Positions 37,367 to 47,591 of a DNA stretch of 64,000 bases are shown one piece after another (position 1 is the first letter of the stretch; the number at the start of each line of letters is the position of its first letter). Source of the DNA: a virus. Its lineage: Duplodnaviria; Caudoviricetes. The DNA lies in the IMG/VR virus record IMGVR_UViG_3300009684_000032, positions 95-64,094 of that record, one strand, 5' to 3'. Under the pieces are notes generated by a model that saw nothing but the letters and a program-made list of their open reading frames with translations, was not told the origin of the DNA and made no database searches. The position numbers and the translations under genes are program-made.

Positions 37367-38950
37367 TCAGAAGCCCATACTGAACGGCATAGGCTCAGAC
37401 CCTTCGTCGTCAAAGTCATCTTTCATAAGATTACTCATACTTTCATCCCACGATGTTACCAATTGCATCATTCTAATACACAGCAATGCAGCCATTACAC
37501 AGTCGTCATTCTCGCCGCTCTTACCTGCAAAGCTATTGCCTTTGGCAACAAAGAACTTGGTCTGTCTTACCAATGGCTTACTCAAAAACGTCAACTTACC
37601 GCCTTCGATTAAACCTTTCATTTTCATACAGGCCAGTGCTTTGCTGCGAGTATTTGTATTAAGTCCGCGACGTAAACGGCTAACACCTCTAACTTTGGGT
37701 TCATGTAACCACATGCCTGCAAAATGTTCTTCGCCTATGTCATCTATTGTAACAATGGCAGCTTCGCCCCAACTGTTGTTTTCCAATGTAAAATACAGTT
37801 CAGGCTCTGTGCGTTGTTCCCTGTGTTTTTTCATTTCATCATATATGTAACGCAGTATTCCCTGCATGGTTTTTACCTGCTGTGGTATACTAGTGCGGTT
37901 ATGACTCCATTCGGCCACTTGTCGCATATCTGGTAAACTGAATACTTCTATAGCAGAGTAATCCTGCCCTACACCTGCACTGGGATCAAGTGCTACCAAA
38001 TATGTTTTGTTAGGTTGAATGACATCGTACCATCTAACGTTACCCATTTTGTATATGGGTTCTACACCCTGCATTTTCAGCAGTGTTACAGCATTGATAA
38101 GTGTTTCATCCGCAGTTAAGAATTCGCAACCATATTCACGACGGAATCTGTCTGCACCTATTTTAGCAGATTCCTTCACTGCCCATGCTTCATCGCGACC
38201 CGGAACTTCGGTATAGCTTGCTGTGAATCCATAGAATCCATTAATACCAACACCGCCTGGTATAGTGTCGCCATGTTCGTCAACGGTTTTGTTGGCACCA
38301 TACCATATTTCAGCAAACTTATCTTCGTCGCTGTTTGGTGTGCTGGTAATAATGCATTTACCGCCAGTTGCCAATGTTGGCGCCATGGCTGTCCAAAATT
38401 CTTCTGCAATACGCGGTTTAACGAATGCAAATTCGTCCAAGTACAGCAGGGAAATTGACATGCCCCGTCCGCTGTCTGGCGTAGTTGTTGTGGCTTTTAT
38501 ACGACTACCGTTGTCAAACTTAACGTCCTGTACGTTGTAGGTGCTTACACCTGCACGTAACCAGTCAGGTAATTCTTCATAGGCAAACTTAACACGATCC
38601 ATAATTTCGTTCGCAGCGCGGAATTTGTTAGCTGCAATCAGTATGGTAACGTCTTTATTGAACATTGCGTACCACAACATAAATCCTGCTGCTGTAGTAG
38701 TCTTACCACTTTGACGAGGCAACAGCGCAATAGTACTGATATTGTGATGATATGCATCTACCAAACGTTTTTGATAATCATACGCTTCAAATTGCATCTT
38801 ACCACGAGTGGGGTGTTGGATCCACATGTAGTTTTCCATAAAGTACAATGGGTCAGTACTGCATCTGGCCATTTCTTTTATTTGCTTAGGTGTGTAAGTG
38901 GTTTTCGCACCTGCTGCTTTAACCAGTTTAAAATCTAAATCAGTTGACAT
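37367..38950 (-). CDS. terL: Terminase large subunit (T4 gp17-like)
   Basis: PRQSGKTT, GRG, LYLDEFAF, ITSTPN, LDPSAGVGQDYS, DDCVMA. Confidence 0.96.
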   Translation of the reverse strand: MSTDLDFKLVKAAGAKTTYTPKQIKEMARCSTDPLYFMENYMWIQHPTRGKMQFEAYDYQKRLVDAYHHNISTIALLPRQSGKTTTAAGFMLWYAMFNKDVTILIAANKFRAANEIMDRVKFAYEELPDWLRAGVSTYNVQDVKFDNGSRIKATTTTPDSGRGMSISLLYLDEFAFVKPRIAEEFWTAMAPTLATGGKCIITSTPNSDEDKFAEIWYGANKTVDEHGDTIPGGVGINGFYGFTASYTEVPGRDEAWAVKESAKIGADRFRREYGCEFLTADETLINAVTLLKMQGVEPIYKMGNVRWYDVIQPNKTYLVALDPSAGVGQDYSAIEVFSLPDMRQVAEWSHNRTSIPQQVKTMQGILRYIYDEMKKHREQRTEPELYFTLENNSWGEAAIVTIDDIGEEHFAGMWLHEPKVRGVSRLRRGLNTNTRSKALACMKMKGLIEGGKLTFLSKPLVRQTKFFVAKGNSFAGKSGENDDCVMAALLCIRMMQLVTSWDESMSNLMKDDFDDEGSEPMPFSMGF

Positions 38951-38964
38951 CGTATCCTCAGATG

Positions 38965-38993
38965 AAAAAAGCAGCGCATAATGCGCTGCTTTT
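38965..38993 (-). terminator. Intrinsic terminator after the 1409-aa gene, just upstream of terL
   Basis: AAAAGCAGCGCAT-t-ATGCGCTGCTTTTTT on the - strand. Confidence 0.85.
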
Positions 38994-39043
38994 ACTTATT
39001 CTTGTAAATTACAAATCAACGTAGTTCATTACGCATTTGTATC

Positions 39044-42000
39044 TTAGTTAGCCGGTACCCACACTTTATTATTTTGATCATTGACATCTCTAACATATAG
39101 TTGTCCTGCAATCATTGCTTCTTCACCCGGCTGGTAATAATTAACCTTGGCATTGGCAGCACCCATACTTGGGAAAGTTGTCATTTCTGGATTGCCAGCG
39201 TCATCGGTATCAGGTTCTGCATATGTCCAACCCATTGATTCTGGATCTGACATTTGGTTAGCATATATGTCATTTTGTGCTTGTCGTGCAGCAGATTGAT
39301 TAGGCGCATTAAGCGCAGATTGATATGCCTTTTGTGCATTACGTTTGGCAATCTGAGCGTCCAACGCTGCTGAGTTTTCATCAGCTAGACTGGAATCTGC
39401 AGGTTCGTCATTATTGTTATATGCAGGTTCTGCACTGTTCAATGCAGCATCAAGTTGCGATGTTGTATCTGCATCCAATACACCAGTTACAGGAATCCCG
39501 GCTTTAGACTGGAAATTGGAAATAGCTTGTGATAGTGCATCGGCATCCTGTTTAGTTACAGCTTCTGACAACACTTTTATTCTGTAAAGTGTTTGTGTGG
39601 TTTCCAATATCTTTGCCAACTTGCGTATTTGTTCCATTACGTCTTGACGCTTGACAGTACTAAGTGGGCTGCGACTTCCGTCATCTACAGGAGTTTCATC
39701 AACAAAAGGATCTTTGTCAAATTCATCACGACTGTTAGCAGTCAACGGACTATCAAATCCAGCATTGCTGGGATCTAAATCAGCTTCTTCAAGCATTTGA
39801 GTATATTGATCACTGTAGTTTTTAAACAGTGTTATTGCACGCTCTGCCATCAGTGTATTATCGCCGATTTTACCAAAGCGTTGATTCAAGTGTGGGCCAT
39901 CCCATACGTATTCTTCTACGTCTAATGGTTCGCCTATTTCACTTTTCTCATCATGCCCATAATCATGGTCTGCATTTTCCATGGTCATACCACAAGTGCA
40001 GCTTTCAGAACCACAACCGCAATCATCTGATTCGTCGCCACAAGTGCAATCTTCTAACGGGCGATCACATGCATCGCACATTGCAGTTTGATTCATACCG
40101 CATGTGCAACGATCTTCTGGCATACCACAATCGTCGCAGACATTGGAATGGTTGTTTACATCCATGCGACTGCCCATGCCAGCATTACGTAGCATGGTTG
40201 CCAGTGTGTCGACATCATCGTCTGTTGCGTTAATAGTCAGTGATTTAGTAGCTTTTCCATCAGTAACTACCATGTTACTATTAATGGTAAATCCTTCTTT
40301 TAACTGTTTGCTTTCATTGAAGTTATTTGTGTTAGTTCCCCCGGTTACTACCATACCCCACTCCTCTGGGCCATTGTTTGTAGCGCCCAAGCTTGTGAAT
40401 GGCATACCTACCAATGGTGCATCTTCATTTACTTCATCTTCTACGCCATACTTGCGCATAAGGTCTTCAATGGTCATGCCATGTGTTGAATCGTCGTCAT
40501 GTTTGACCATTTCGTCTACAGCATCAGCAGACATATCTGCTGCCATATCGTCTACTTTGGCCTGGTCGTCGCTGTCACCTGTCATTTCACTAAGACCTGC
40601 GAGTTCGCGCATTCTGTTTACAGATTCGTCCATGCTATTGTTATCCTTTACCACTGAATTATGCTGCCTTACACCTGCAAGTGTCGATATCTGCTCACCA
40701 ACTGACTGTTGTGTACGACCATTTGATCGGGTCATGACGCTATTATCTTTGTTAAGACCCAATGCACCAGTTATACCATTTGATATTTGGGTTGCAAGTT
40801 GTTTTGCAATTTCTTGTATAAGACCATCTGCTACGTATTCTAAATCTGCATCTGTAAAATCACTAAGATCCATACCTAGAACATCACCGTAATATAGTTT
40901 TACTATATCACCCCTGTTAACATACAAGTTACCTGCAATATCTGCTATTGTTGCAGCAACACCAGGTGCACCAGCTGCTAGATAACCGAATACCTGTGCT
41001 ACATTAACACCTGCGATACCAAGGTCTACAAATGCGTTGCGCCAATTGCCGTTTTTTACTTGATCTAATGCATCTCTTCCTTGTAGATATGCACCTAGTC
41101 CTGGTATCGCTCTCCATAATACCTTTTTAATAATTGGCATCATGACTGGAGATTTTATCAATTTCGCAACTTTTTCAGCATCCGCAATAGGTAATTTTTT
41201 TTCAAATTTACTAAACGTAGGATATACATCGTTTGCAGTGCTGGCTGATACGCCACGCAATGGTTTCATAATATCTTTCATAATATCATCGCGTCTTGCA
41301 ACTTCTTTTGCAATTTCAGGCCAATCCTTGCCCCAGGTTTTAGCTGCTTGATCTAACTCTTCATTGCTTAGCCCAATAATCTCGTATTTCAACTCGCGTG
41401 CATCGCTGGCGGTGCCGAATCGCAACTTTGCCAATTTGCTGGCAATGCCTGTTAAATTAGAACGACCGAATGTACCACCAGATATGCCGCCGCCTATACC
41501 GCCTGCTTCATTTATTCTAACTGACTTTTTTTTATGCTTTGCAGATTCTAGTGTAGGTATATTCAATTCTTTAGGTGCTGTTTTCAAAATCTTGTTTAAT
41601 TCTCTCGCCAGTGTAGTGCTCATCAAGTTATCGAGCATTTTTTGTTCACGTGCAGACACGGGTTGCCCTGCTTTTACTTTTGCAACAGCAGCTTCCATGT
41701 CCTTCACAAGATTCGGTGTAATAGCAATGCCAGGTTTAAATGCATTACGTATATCACCGACGAGATTTCCTAAAAAATTTTCGTTTATTTTTGCCTCCGC
41801 TACAGTAGCAGATTTCATTTTACGGCCGGTTGATTCAGATGTTGGCCAACCATTGCCAACTTTTTTAAGGTCTGGACTGTTCCACGGTTTGGCTTGCTCG
41901 CCTTTGACGTTGGTTTGGTATGGCTTACCCTTCCACATAAACACACCACCAGCACCACCTGCTGCTTTACGTGCTGCACGGAATGCATCTTTAAATGATG

Positions 42001-43273
42001 TTGGTGCAGGTACAGAGGATGATGGTGCGGGTATAGCAGTTTTAGGTGCAGCAGGCATTCCCGCAGCAGGACCTGCTGGTCTTGCTCCACCTACAGCAGG
42101 CGGGTATGCAGTTTTTGGCATGTAAGTCGGGTCACTTGTTACTCCACCACTTGTATCAGCAGGTGGATATGCAGTTTTTGGCATGTAAGTCGAGTCACGT
42201 GTTACACCACCACTTGTATCAGCAGGCGGATATGCAGTTTTTGGCATGTAAGTCGAGTCACGTGTCACACCTTTTGTTGCGGGTAGTTTCATTCCGAATT
42301 TACCGCCGCTGATACCGCCGCCGATACCGCCTGCTTCGTTTACGCGAGTAGTTTTCATTCTACGGCCAACTGATTCGGATGTTGGCCATCCACTGCCTAC
42401 TTTCTTAAGATCTGGACTGTTCCATGCTTTAGCTGGTTCGCCTTTGACGTTGGTTTGGTATGGCTTGCCTTTCCACATGAACACGCCACTTGCACCGCCC
42501 GCTGCTTTACGAGCAGCACGGAATGCATCTTTAAATGTAGCAGGTTCTGGCACATATGATGTTGGTGCAGGTATAGCAGTTTTAGGTGCAGCAGGCATTC
42601 CCGCAGCAGGACCTGCTGGTCTTGCTCCACCTACAGCAAGCGGGTATGCAGTTTTTGGCATGTAAGTCGGGTCACTTGTTACTCCACCACTTGTATCAGC
42701 AGGCGCATATGCAGTTTTTGCGCGGCGAGCTTTGACATCTGCCAAGTTTTGGTCGTAGTTTGGTATACCGTACTTTGTAGTGTTGGCTGGGTTGTTGTTG
42801 AGCGGTGTAACAGTGATTGTTTCTGGTTTTCCAACCGGTGTTACTGGCGCATCAAACGCAGTATTTGTGGAAGAGGCTACTGTAGGGCGGGGCTGTGGAC
42901 GCGGAATAGTTGTAAGGCCCATAGACTTGGCAGTTGCGGCATTTGTTGCATCATCTTCTGCTTTATCAGCATTATCTATCGCCCCTTTGGCCATGTCAGT
43001 AAAAGCTTTATTCGCTTCATAGTCTGCCATAGTGTCAGCTTCTGCAATTTGTCCAGAGTTTTTTAGCATGTTGGCCAATGCAGCCGCATCGCCTTCTTCC
43101 ATGGGTGCAGACCAGCACTCTTCCATGCCATGTACGGGGCAAGATTTGCCTTCCGCTGTCATATTGCATTTACCAGCCATTGCCGATTCCGGTGCGTCTT
43201 CTGCTACGTATTCCTGTCTTTCGCCTAGGCTTTCAATCGCCCTGAGCTTGCCGATCATGTTATGAAAATCCAT
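39044..43273 (-). CDS. Giant modular internal/ejected protein (1409 aa) with a C-terminal peptidoglycan-binding domain
   Basis: Repeated xNE/A sites; two FKDAFRAARKAAGG..GVFMWKGKPYQT modules; hydrophobic hairpin; Cys-rich CxxC/CTCG cluster; ISNFQSKAGIPVTGVLDADT (PG-binding-1 pattern). Confidence 0.7.
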   Translation of the reverse strand: MDFHNMIGKLRAIESLGERQEYVAEDAPESAMAGKCNMTAEGKSCPVHGMEECWSAPMEEGDAAALANMLKNSGQIAEADTMADYEANKAFTDMAKGAIDNADKAEDDATNAATAKSMGLTTIPRPQPRPTVASSTNTAFDAPVTPVGKPETITVTPLNNNPANTTKYGIPNYDQNLADVKARRAKTAYAPADTSGGVTSDPTYMPKTAYPLAVGGARPAGPAAGMPAAPKTAIPAPTSYVPEPATFKDAFRAARKAAGGASGVFMWKGKPYQTNVKGEPAKAWNSPDLKKVGSGWPTSESVGRRMKTTRVNEAGGIGGGISGGKFGMKLPATKGVTRDSTYMPKTAYPPADTSGGVTRDSTYMPKTAYPPADTSGGVTSDPTYMPKTAYPPAVGGARPAGPAAGMPAAPKTAIPAPSSSVPAPTSFKDAFRAARKAAGGAGGVFMWKGKPYQTNVKGEQAKPWNSPDLKKVGNGWPTSESTGRKMKSATVAEAKINENFLGNLVGDIRNAFKPGIAITPNLVKDMEAAVAKVKAGQPVSAREQKMLDNLMSTTLARELNKILKTAPKELNIPTLESAKHKKKSVRINEAGGIGGGISGGTFGRSNLTGIASKLAKLRFGTASDARELKYEIIGLSNEELDQAAKTWGKDWPEIAKEVARRDDIMKDIMKPLRGVSASTANDVYPTFSKFEKKLPIADAEKVAKLIKSPVMMPIIKKVLWRAIPGLGAYLQGRDALDQVKNGNWRNAFVDLGIAGVNVAQVFGYLAAGAPGVAATIADIAGNLYVNRGDIVKLYYGDVLGMDLSDFTDADLEYVADGLIQEIAKQLATQISNGITGALGLNKDNSVMTRSNGRTQQSVGEQISTLAGVRQHNSVVKDNNSMDESVNRMRELAGLSEMTGDSDDQAKVDDMAADMSADAVDEMVKHDDDSTHGMTIEDLMRKYGVEDEVNEDAPLVGMPFTSLGATNNGPEEWGMVVTGGTNTNNFNESKQLKEGFTINSNMVVTDGKATKSLTINATDDDVDTLATMLRNAGMGSRMDVNNHSNVCDDCGMPEDRCTCGMNQTAMCDACDRPLEDCTCGDESDDCGCGSESCTCGMTMENADHDYGHDEKSEIGEPLDVEEYVWDGPHLNQRFGKIGDNTLMAERAITLFKNYSDQYTQMLEEADLDPSNAGFDSPLTANSRDEFDKDPFVDETPVDDGSRSPLSTVKRQDVMEQIRKLAKILETTQTLYRIKVLSEAVTKQDADALSQAISNFQSKAGIPVTGVLDADTTSQLDAALNSAEPAYNNNDEPADSSLADENSAALDAQIAKRNAQKAYQSALNAPNQSAARQAQNDIYANQMSDPESMGWTYAEPDTDDAGNPEMTTFPSMGAANAKVNYYQPGEEAMIAGQLYVRDVNDQNNKVWVPAN
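41814..42720 (-). repeat. About 367-nt intragenic duplication (41814-42180 and 42354-42720) plus 63-nt tandem units (TYMPKTAYPPADTSGGVTxDx)
   Basis: Copies offset by 540 nt; tgtaagtcg recurs at 42121, 42184, 42247 and 42661. Confidence 0.92.
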
Positions 43274-43278
43274 TGGCG

Positions 43279-44094
43279 TTATCCTTTTTTTACAAATTCT
43301 GGTTTATTTGGTGCCCGCGGAGAGGAAAAGTTGACACGTTTGCCGTTGGCATCTTGATAGAATTTATACAAGTGTGCTGCACCGTCATCGAAATTGCCTT
43401 CTGCTCCCAATCCACTGCGCGGCGTAGGATTGGGGACATTACCTGCAACCTTTGTCACAGGCTTAGGTGTATCGTATCTTGCATTAAAATCTGCCATATC
43501 TTGTACAGGCTCTAATGGTTTTACTTTGTTCATATCCAACCAAGTAAACAATGGCGCTGGCGCATTGTATTCGTCAGTTGGTCTAGTTTGTTTTATAGAT
43601 GCTAGATAATCTAAGAAACGTTTGTTATAAGCATCGCCGTATATATCTGTAGTAACCGGCTGCTCTACATCCTGATACATTCTATCAGTGCTTAGACGAG
43701 GTGCAGCTTTTAAATCCATGTCTGCTGCTTTTTTTCTAAACCCAAGATCAATTATGTGACGATCCACATTTGTTTCTACAGGTTCCGTTGCAGTACGCAC
43801 AACTATTAGTTTTTCAGCAACGTTTAACACATCGCGCAGGCCTTGCATAGTAACATAACTGCTAAGCGGCTGTCCTGTTATGAAATTGATTTGATATACA
43901 GTGTGATTTTGCACATCTATGAAATCCATATTGTCGCCTGCTAGCAGTTGCGGTGCAGTAATGTCCATCAAATTAAATTGCTGTAGATAATTTGCTAATG
44001 ACGTGCATTGTTCTTCAGTTGGTTCTACAACCAACTTAATTACATAGCCGTATTCTCTAGCATTTTCTGCTAGATATTGCTTAAATGACTTCAT
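43279..44094 (-). CDS. Head-associated protein with a T4-like capsid targeting sequence
   Basis: MKSFKQYLAE resembles the T4 internal-protein CTS MKTYQEFIAE; CTAAATA at 44119-44125. Confidence 0.7.
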   Translation of the reverse strand: MKSFKQYLAENAREYGYVIKLVVEPTEEQCTSLANYLQQFNLMDITAPQLLAGDNMDFIDVQNHTVYQINFITGQPLSSYVTMQGLRDVLNVAEKLIVVRTATEPVETNVDRHIIDLGFRKKAADMDLKAAPRLSTDRMYQDVEQPVTTDIYGDAYNKRFLDYLASIKQTRPTDEYNAPAPLFTWLDMNKVKPLEPVQDMADFNARYDTPKPVTKVAGNVPNPTPRSGLGAEGNFDDGAAHLYKFYQDANGKRVNFSSPRAPNKPEFVKKG

Positions 44095-44117
44095 GGTATG
44101 AGAAGCTCCAATGTGAG

Positions 44118-44654
44118 TTATTTAGTCCCATCTTGTATTTCACCTAGCTGTTTCAACAACTCATTGCGATCGAGCATTGTGGCTTTGCCTTCTACAGCAG
44201 GGTTTGCAGTAGCAGGTTTGTATGCTCTATCCATTTTCAGTTTGTCCAGTTGCAGTTTTAGCATTTTGAGTTTTTTATCTACTTTGCTATTTTTAGCATC
44301 TACGGCAATTTTTAACATTTGACTGCTGCTGCTGAATATCTCACCAGCATGACGAATTTCCACATTCATACCTAGATCTTGTAAATCTTTGTGTGCTTGT
44401 ATTGCAAGACCGGCTAATTCGTCCATTTCATCGTCGTGTACATCTCTGCCACGAGCAGCACTCAATTGCTTATCAATTTGTTCTGCTAGTTCCAGTGCAG
44501 ATTTCATAGCAGTATTAGATACCAGCTGTGAATCATCTACGACATTGTCTGCTATATCTTCATCTAATGTGCCGTCTTCGATGTCAACTTCTACTTCAGT
44601 TGACATACTATCAATATCAAATGTATTTTCAAGTGTTCTAAAACGTTTGCTCAT
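44118..44654 (-). CDS. Possible terminase small subunit (helical)
   Basis: Acidic N-terminus, two long helices, C-terminal DRNELLKQL; head-gene context. Function inferred only. Confidence 0.4.
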   Translation of the reverse strand: MSKRFRTLENTFDIDSMSTEVEVDIEDGTLDEDIADNVVDDSQLVSNTAMKSALELAEQIDKQLSAARGRDVHDDEMDELAGLAIQAHKDLQDLGMNVEIRHAGEIFSSSSQMLKIAVDAKNSKVDKKLKMLKLQLDKLKMDRAYKPATANPAVEGKATMLDRNELLKQLGEIQDGTK

Positions 44655-45094
44655 TTACGACCTGCCTTTGGTTTAGTTATGTAAATATCGTTCTCGGTTA
44701 GAACTCTAAATGTCATTCCGTTTTTCTTACACCATAACATGGCAGCAGACCATTTAGCAGTGTTTATCAATATAACTGCCTGATCTCTCTTATTTTTTGC
44801 ACTTTCCATCAGTGCTTCTTTCATTGGTTTAACTTCTACAATTTCTGCTCTACGCTGCCCGTTTTTGTCTTGATACAGCACCATAAAGTCTGGTATATAT
44901 CTACGTTGCTCACCTGTTAAAGGATTAACATAAGGTATGCTTATACTTTCGCTTGCCCATTGCAATACACTAGGATGAGTATCCAAGAAGTTCATAACTG
45001 TTAATTCCCAACTGGATCTGAATGTGGGTTTTGAATTACCTACTAGCTTGGCTGGGTTTTTTGGAACAAATAATCCCTGACTGTATTTTGCCAT
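44651..45094 (-). CDS. gp4: Head completion nuclease (T4 gp4 / TnsA-like)
   Basis: PKNPAK..G...FRSSWE...WASE...IPY...YIPDF...EVKP...NTAKWSAA...FRVLTE; start moved to MAKYSQG. Confidence 0.9.
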   Translation of the reverse strand: MAKYSQGLFVPKNPAKLVGNSKPTFRSSWELTVMNFLDTHPSVLQWASESISIPYVNPLTGEQRRYIPDFMVLYQDKNGQRRAEIVEVKPMKEALMESAKNKRDQAVILINTAKWSAAMLWCKKNGMTFRVLTENDIYITKPKAGRK

Positions 45095-45095
45095 A

Positions 45096-45572
45096 TCATA
45101 CACCCATTGCTGCGATAATAGTAGGACCAAGTGTGGGATTATTACTCCAGTTTGGACTGAGATTTAAACCAACGTAACCTATTTGACTACTGGGATCTCG
45201 TACACTGTTTATTGTGTAAAGAAAGTCGTTTAACAATATTCCCTGTTTAAATAGATTCTGTATAGGCTGTCCTGTTTGATTTGCATAATATGTTGCAAGG
45301 TTCGCTAATACTTCTATTAGTTCGTCTGGCACACCTTGCCCGCCAAATAGACCTTTAGCAAGATTGTAAGTCTGTGATTGCATACCTGCTACATAGCGTG
45401 CAGGTGCTTGTGATAAACCATAGTTAGTTGCATCATTTGTTGCAGATATTGGATTGCCTGCACCGTTGGCAAATTGCCAGTTACCGCTACGATTTACAAC
45501 TTGTAACTGGCCACTGTTGAGTGCCAGTTGTTTACGTATGCTGTTTAGTATTATATCTTTATTAACAGCCAT
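45096..45572 (-). CDS. Hypothetical structural-region protein (158 aa)
   Basis: TAATG-coupled to the upstream gene. Confidence 0.65.
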   Translation of the reverse strand: MAVNKDIILNSIRKQLALNSGQLQVVNRSGNWQFANGAGNPISATNDATNYGLSQAPARYVAGMQSQTYNLAKGLFGGQGVPDELIEVLANLATYYANQTGQPIQNLFKQGILLNDFLYTINSVRDPSSQIGYVGLNLSPNWSNNPTLGPTIIAAMGV

Positions 45573-46852
45573 TAATATGTTCCCTGTGGTGTATACGGTG
45601 CACCAGCACCGCCACTGTTGCCGCTATTACCAAATGTAATACCTCTAACTGGTGGTGTTTGTAATCCACCACCGCCAAAGTTGTGACTGCCGAACGACCC
45701 CAATGTGCTGTTATTAGGATTATTAACCACACTAAAGCTAGATAAAAACGATTCAGCTATAGCAGTTGTAGTTTTAGGCAATTTGCCAAATGGCAGTCCA
45801 GATAACACATTACCGAGCACTTGACCTACTATATTGTCACTATAAGACGAGCTTAACGAATTTGTTGAATATACATTGTCAAATGCATCTGATGCATTGC
45901 TATACGTAATTGCACTAGGGGTACCAAGTGTGGTACCCAGTCCATTTTGTATGCCGCCGCCTGTACGAGTAAATGCGTTATAACTTACTTGAGACAATCC
46001 AAAATTAGCAATAGCACTTGCAGCCGTACCCAATATACTACCAGGCGATTGCTGCCCGGCAATAAACTGGCTTAGTACATTGTCTACTATGCCGTTTAAT
46101 GAATCTTGTATAACTCCGGATGTTCCCACATCCGGTTCCACTGCCGGCGGGCCCACATCAAATCCAAATTGTGCAGCAATGGCAGGCGTTATTATTGCAC
46201 TTGGATCATAATTTATTGTTTCGTATGCAATTTGCATATCAATATCAGAAAGTTGCTCGCCGTCACTTTGATATGATTTAAAATTAACAGATGTAATTTT
46301 AGGATTAAGATAACTTACCCTAGTATATCGTTTACCAAATATTGCATAAACATCCAACCTTGTAAAGAAATTAACTTCTTCTGTTAATGGTCTAAGACCC
46401 CATCCTGTATCATCGCTGAATGTAGGAGAAACCGTGCTTTGCGACATTGTATACGGAGTTTTTTGTCTACCATCACCGAAATAATAAGTGAAATATTGAC
46501 GCCACATATCTAATGGTTTGTTATCAACTGTATCCCATAGTGTAACATTGACAGGCCTGTAATCAGTATTGGTATATATTACTCGTTTACGATTGTATTG
46601 ATTCAACGTCTTGGTTTTTAATTCAACGTTGGGTTTATCTATCTTTTTAATTTTAAAACTAATGCCATCAACACCTCCCAATGCACGTAGCCACGGGTAT
46701 ATGATTGCTGCTTGGCTATTAACTACAAAATTAGCATAGTACATCCACTGATAACGTGGAACAGCATACATGTACTGGCCTGGGCTTTGAGCCCCGAATA
46801 ACCAGTCTGCATATTGTTTATTACGGAATGTGGTAATTTGTGATTGAGCCAT
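45572..46852 (-). CDS. Tube-fold baseplate protein (tail tube initiator/cap-like)
   Basis: KIDKPNVE...NQYNRKR...YRPVNVTLWD; adjacent to the tail tube gene; TATAAATA 5 nt before its ATG. Confidence 0.65.
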   Translation of the reverse strand: MAQSQITTFRNKQYADWLFGAQSPGQYMYAVPRYQWMYYANFVVNSQAAIIYPWLRALGGVDGISFKIKKIDKPNVELKTKTLNQYNRKRVIYTNTDYRPVNVTLWDTVDNKPLDMWRQYFTYYFGDGRQKTPYTMSQSTVSPTFSDDTGWGLRPLTEEVNFFTRLDVYAIFGKRYTRVSYLNPKITSVNFKSYQSDGEQLSDIDMQIAYETINYDPSAIITPAIAAQFGFDVGPPAVEPDVGTSGVIQDSLNGIVDNVLSQFIAGQQSPGSILGTAASAIANFGLSQVSYNAFTRTGGGIQNGLGTTLGTPSAITYSNASDAFDNVYSTNSLSSSYSDNIVGQVLGNVLSGLPFGKLPKTTTAIAESFLSSFSVVNNPNNSTLGSFGSHNFGGGGLQTPPVRGITFGNSGNSGGAGAPYTPQGTY

Positions 46853-46870
46853 GAAAATATTTATACAAAT

Positions 46871-46899
46871 AAAAAAGCTGCCCGAAAGGCAGCTTTTTT
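46871..46899. terminator. Intrinsic terminator after the tail tube gene
   Basis: AAAAAAGCTGCC-cgaaa-GGCAGCTTTTTT. Confidence 0.9.
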
Positions 46900-46923
46900 A
46901 AATCTGTATTTTAGTAAAGTATA

Positions 46924-47520
46924 TTAGCCTACTTGTATACCAACACCTGTGTTAGGCGCAGTCTGAGGCATAATGGTATTGTCCTGTGTTGCGTTGTCAT
47001 AACGAATAGTCATGGTAATCATCATACTATCGCTGTTTTCATAGTTAAAGCTGTCATATCCTACTTTTTCTAAGAAACAACCTTCTAAATACCAATTTTC
47101 TAATACACCGCTATTGCTACCATCAAGAGTTTCAATCTGTGTGGTAAATTTGTAGTTAATACCTGCAAGCGCACTGGTTTGATCAAAGTGGTTCATTTGT
47201 TTTTGTAATTGAGTCGCCACTAGTCTACTAGCACTGCTGTTTACATCATCGCGCAATTTAAGTTCAATGGAATCCCATTCAGGTTTACCGGACATATACA
47301 TAATGTTGTTATAACTGTGAACTTTGGTGGGAGTCGATGTGATTGACGGTCTACCGCATTCTGATACTTGTCTTGTTAGTTCGATAGCAGCACCTGTCGG
47401 GCCAAAACTTTGCATACTAACTCTAAAGCGATATTTCAGCTTAGGCATTAATATACCAAGGCCACTAGTACCAGGTACTATAGGTACGCCAAACTTGCTT
47501 AGTGTGGGCTGAAATGCCAT
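46924..47520 (-). CDS. gp19: Tail tube protein (T4 gp19-like)
   Basis: PKLKYRFRV...RP...GKPEW..IELKLRDD...WYLEGCF...IRYDNA; AAGGAG SD; TATAAATA at 47547-47554. Confidence 0.85.
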   Translation of the reverse strand: MAFQPTLSKFGVPIVPGTSGLGILMPKLKYRFRVSMQSFGPTGAAIELTRQVSECGRPSITSTPTKVHSYNNIMYMSGKPEWDSIELKLRDDVNSSASRLVATQLQKQMNHFDQTSALAGINYKFTTQIETLDGSNSGVLENWYLEGCFLEKVGYDSFNYENSDSMMITMTIRYDNATQDNTIMPQTAPNTGVGIQVG

Positions 47521-47591
47521 GGAATAAATCTCCTTCTTTGCATTAGTATTTATATCAACGACGTCTTTATAAAACTACAGGTGTGTTGAAG

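Noticed and set aside
41814-42720. Regular repeats resembling a CRISPR array
   Set aside because: In-frame coding repeats (63-nt units, 540-nt offset) with no unique spacers
44651-45094. TnsA-like endonuclease as a Tn7-type element
   Set aside because: Motifs and head-gene context match T4 gp4; no tnsB, tnsC or transposon ends
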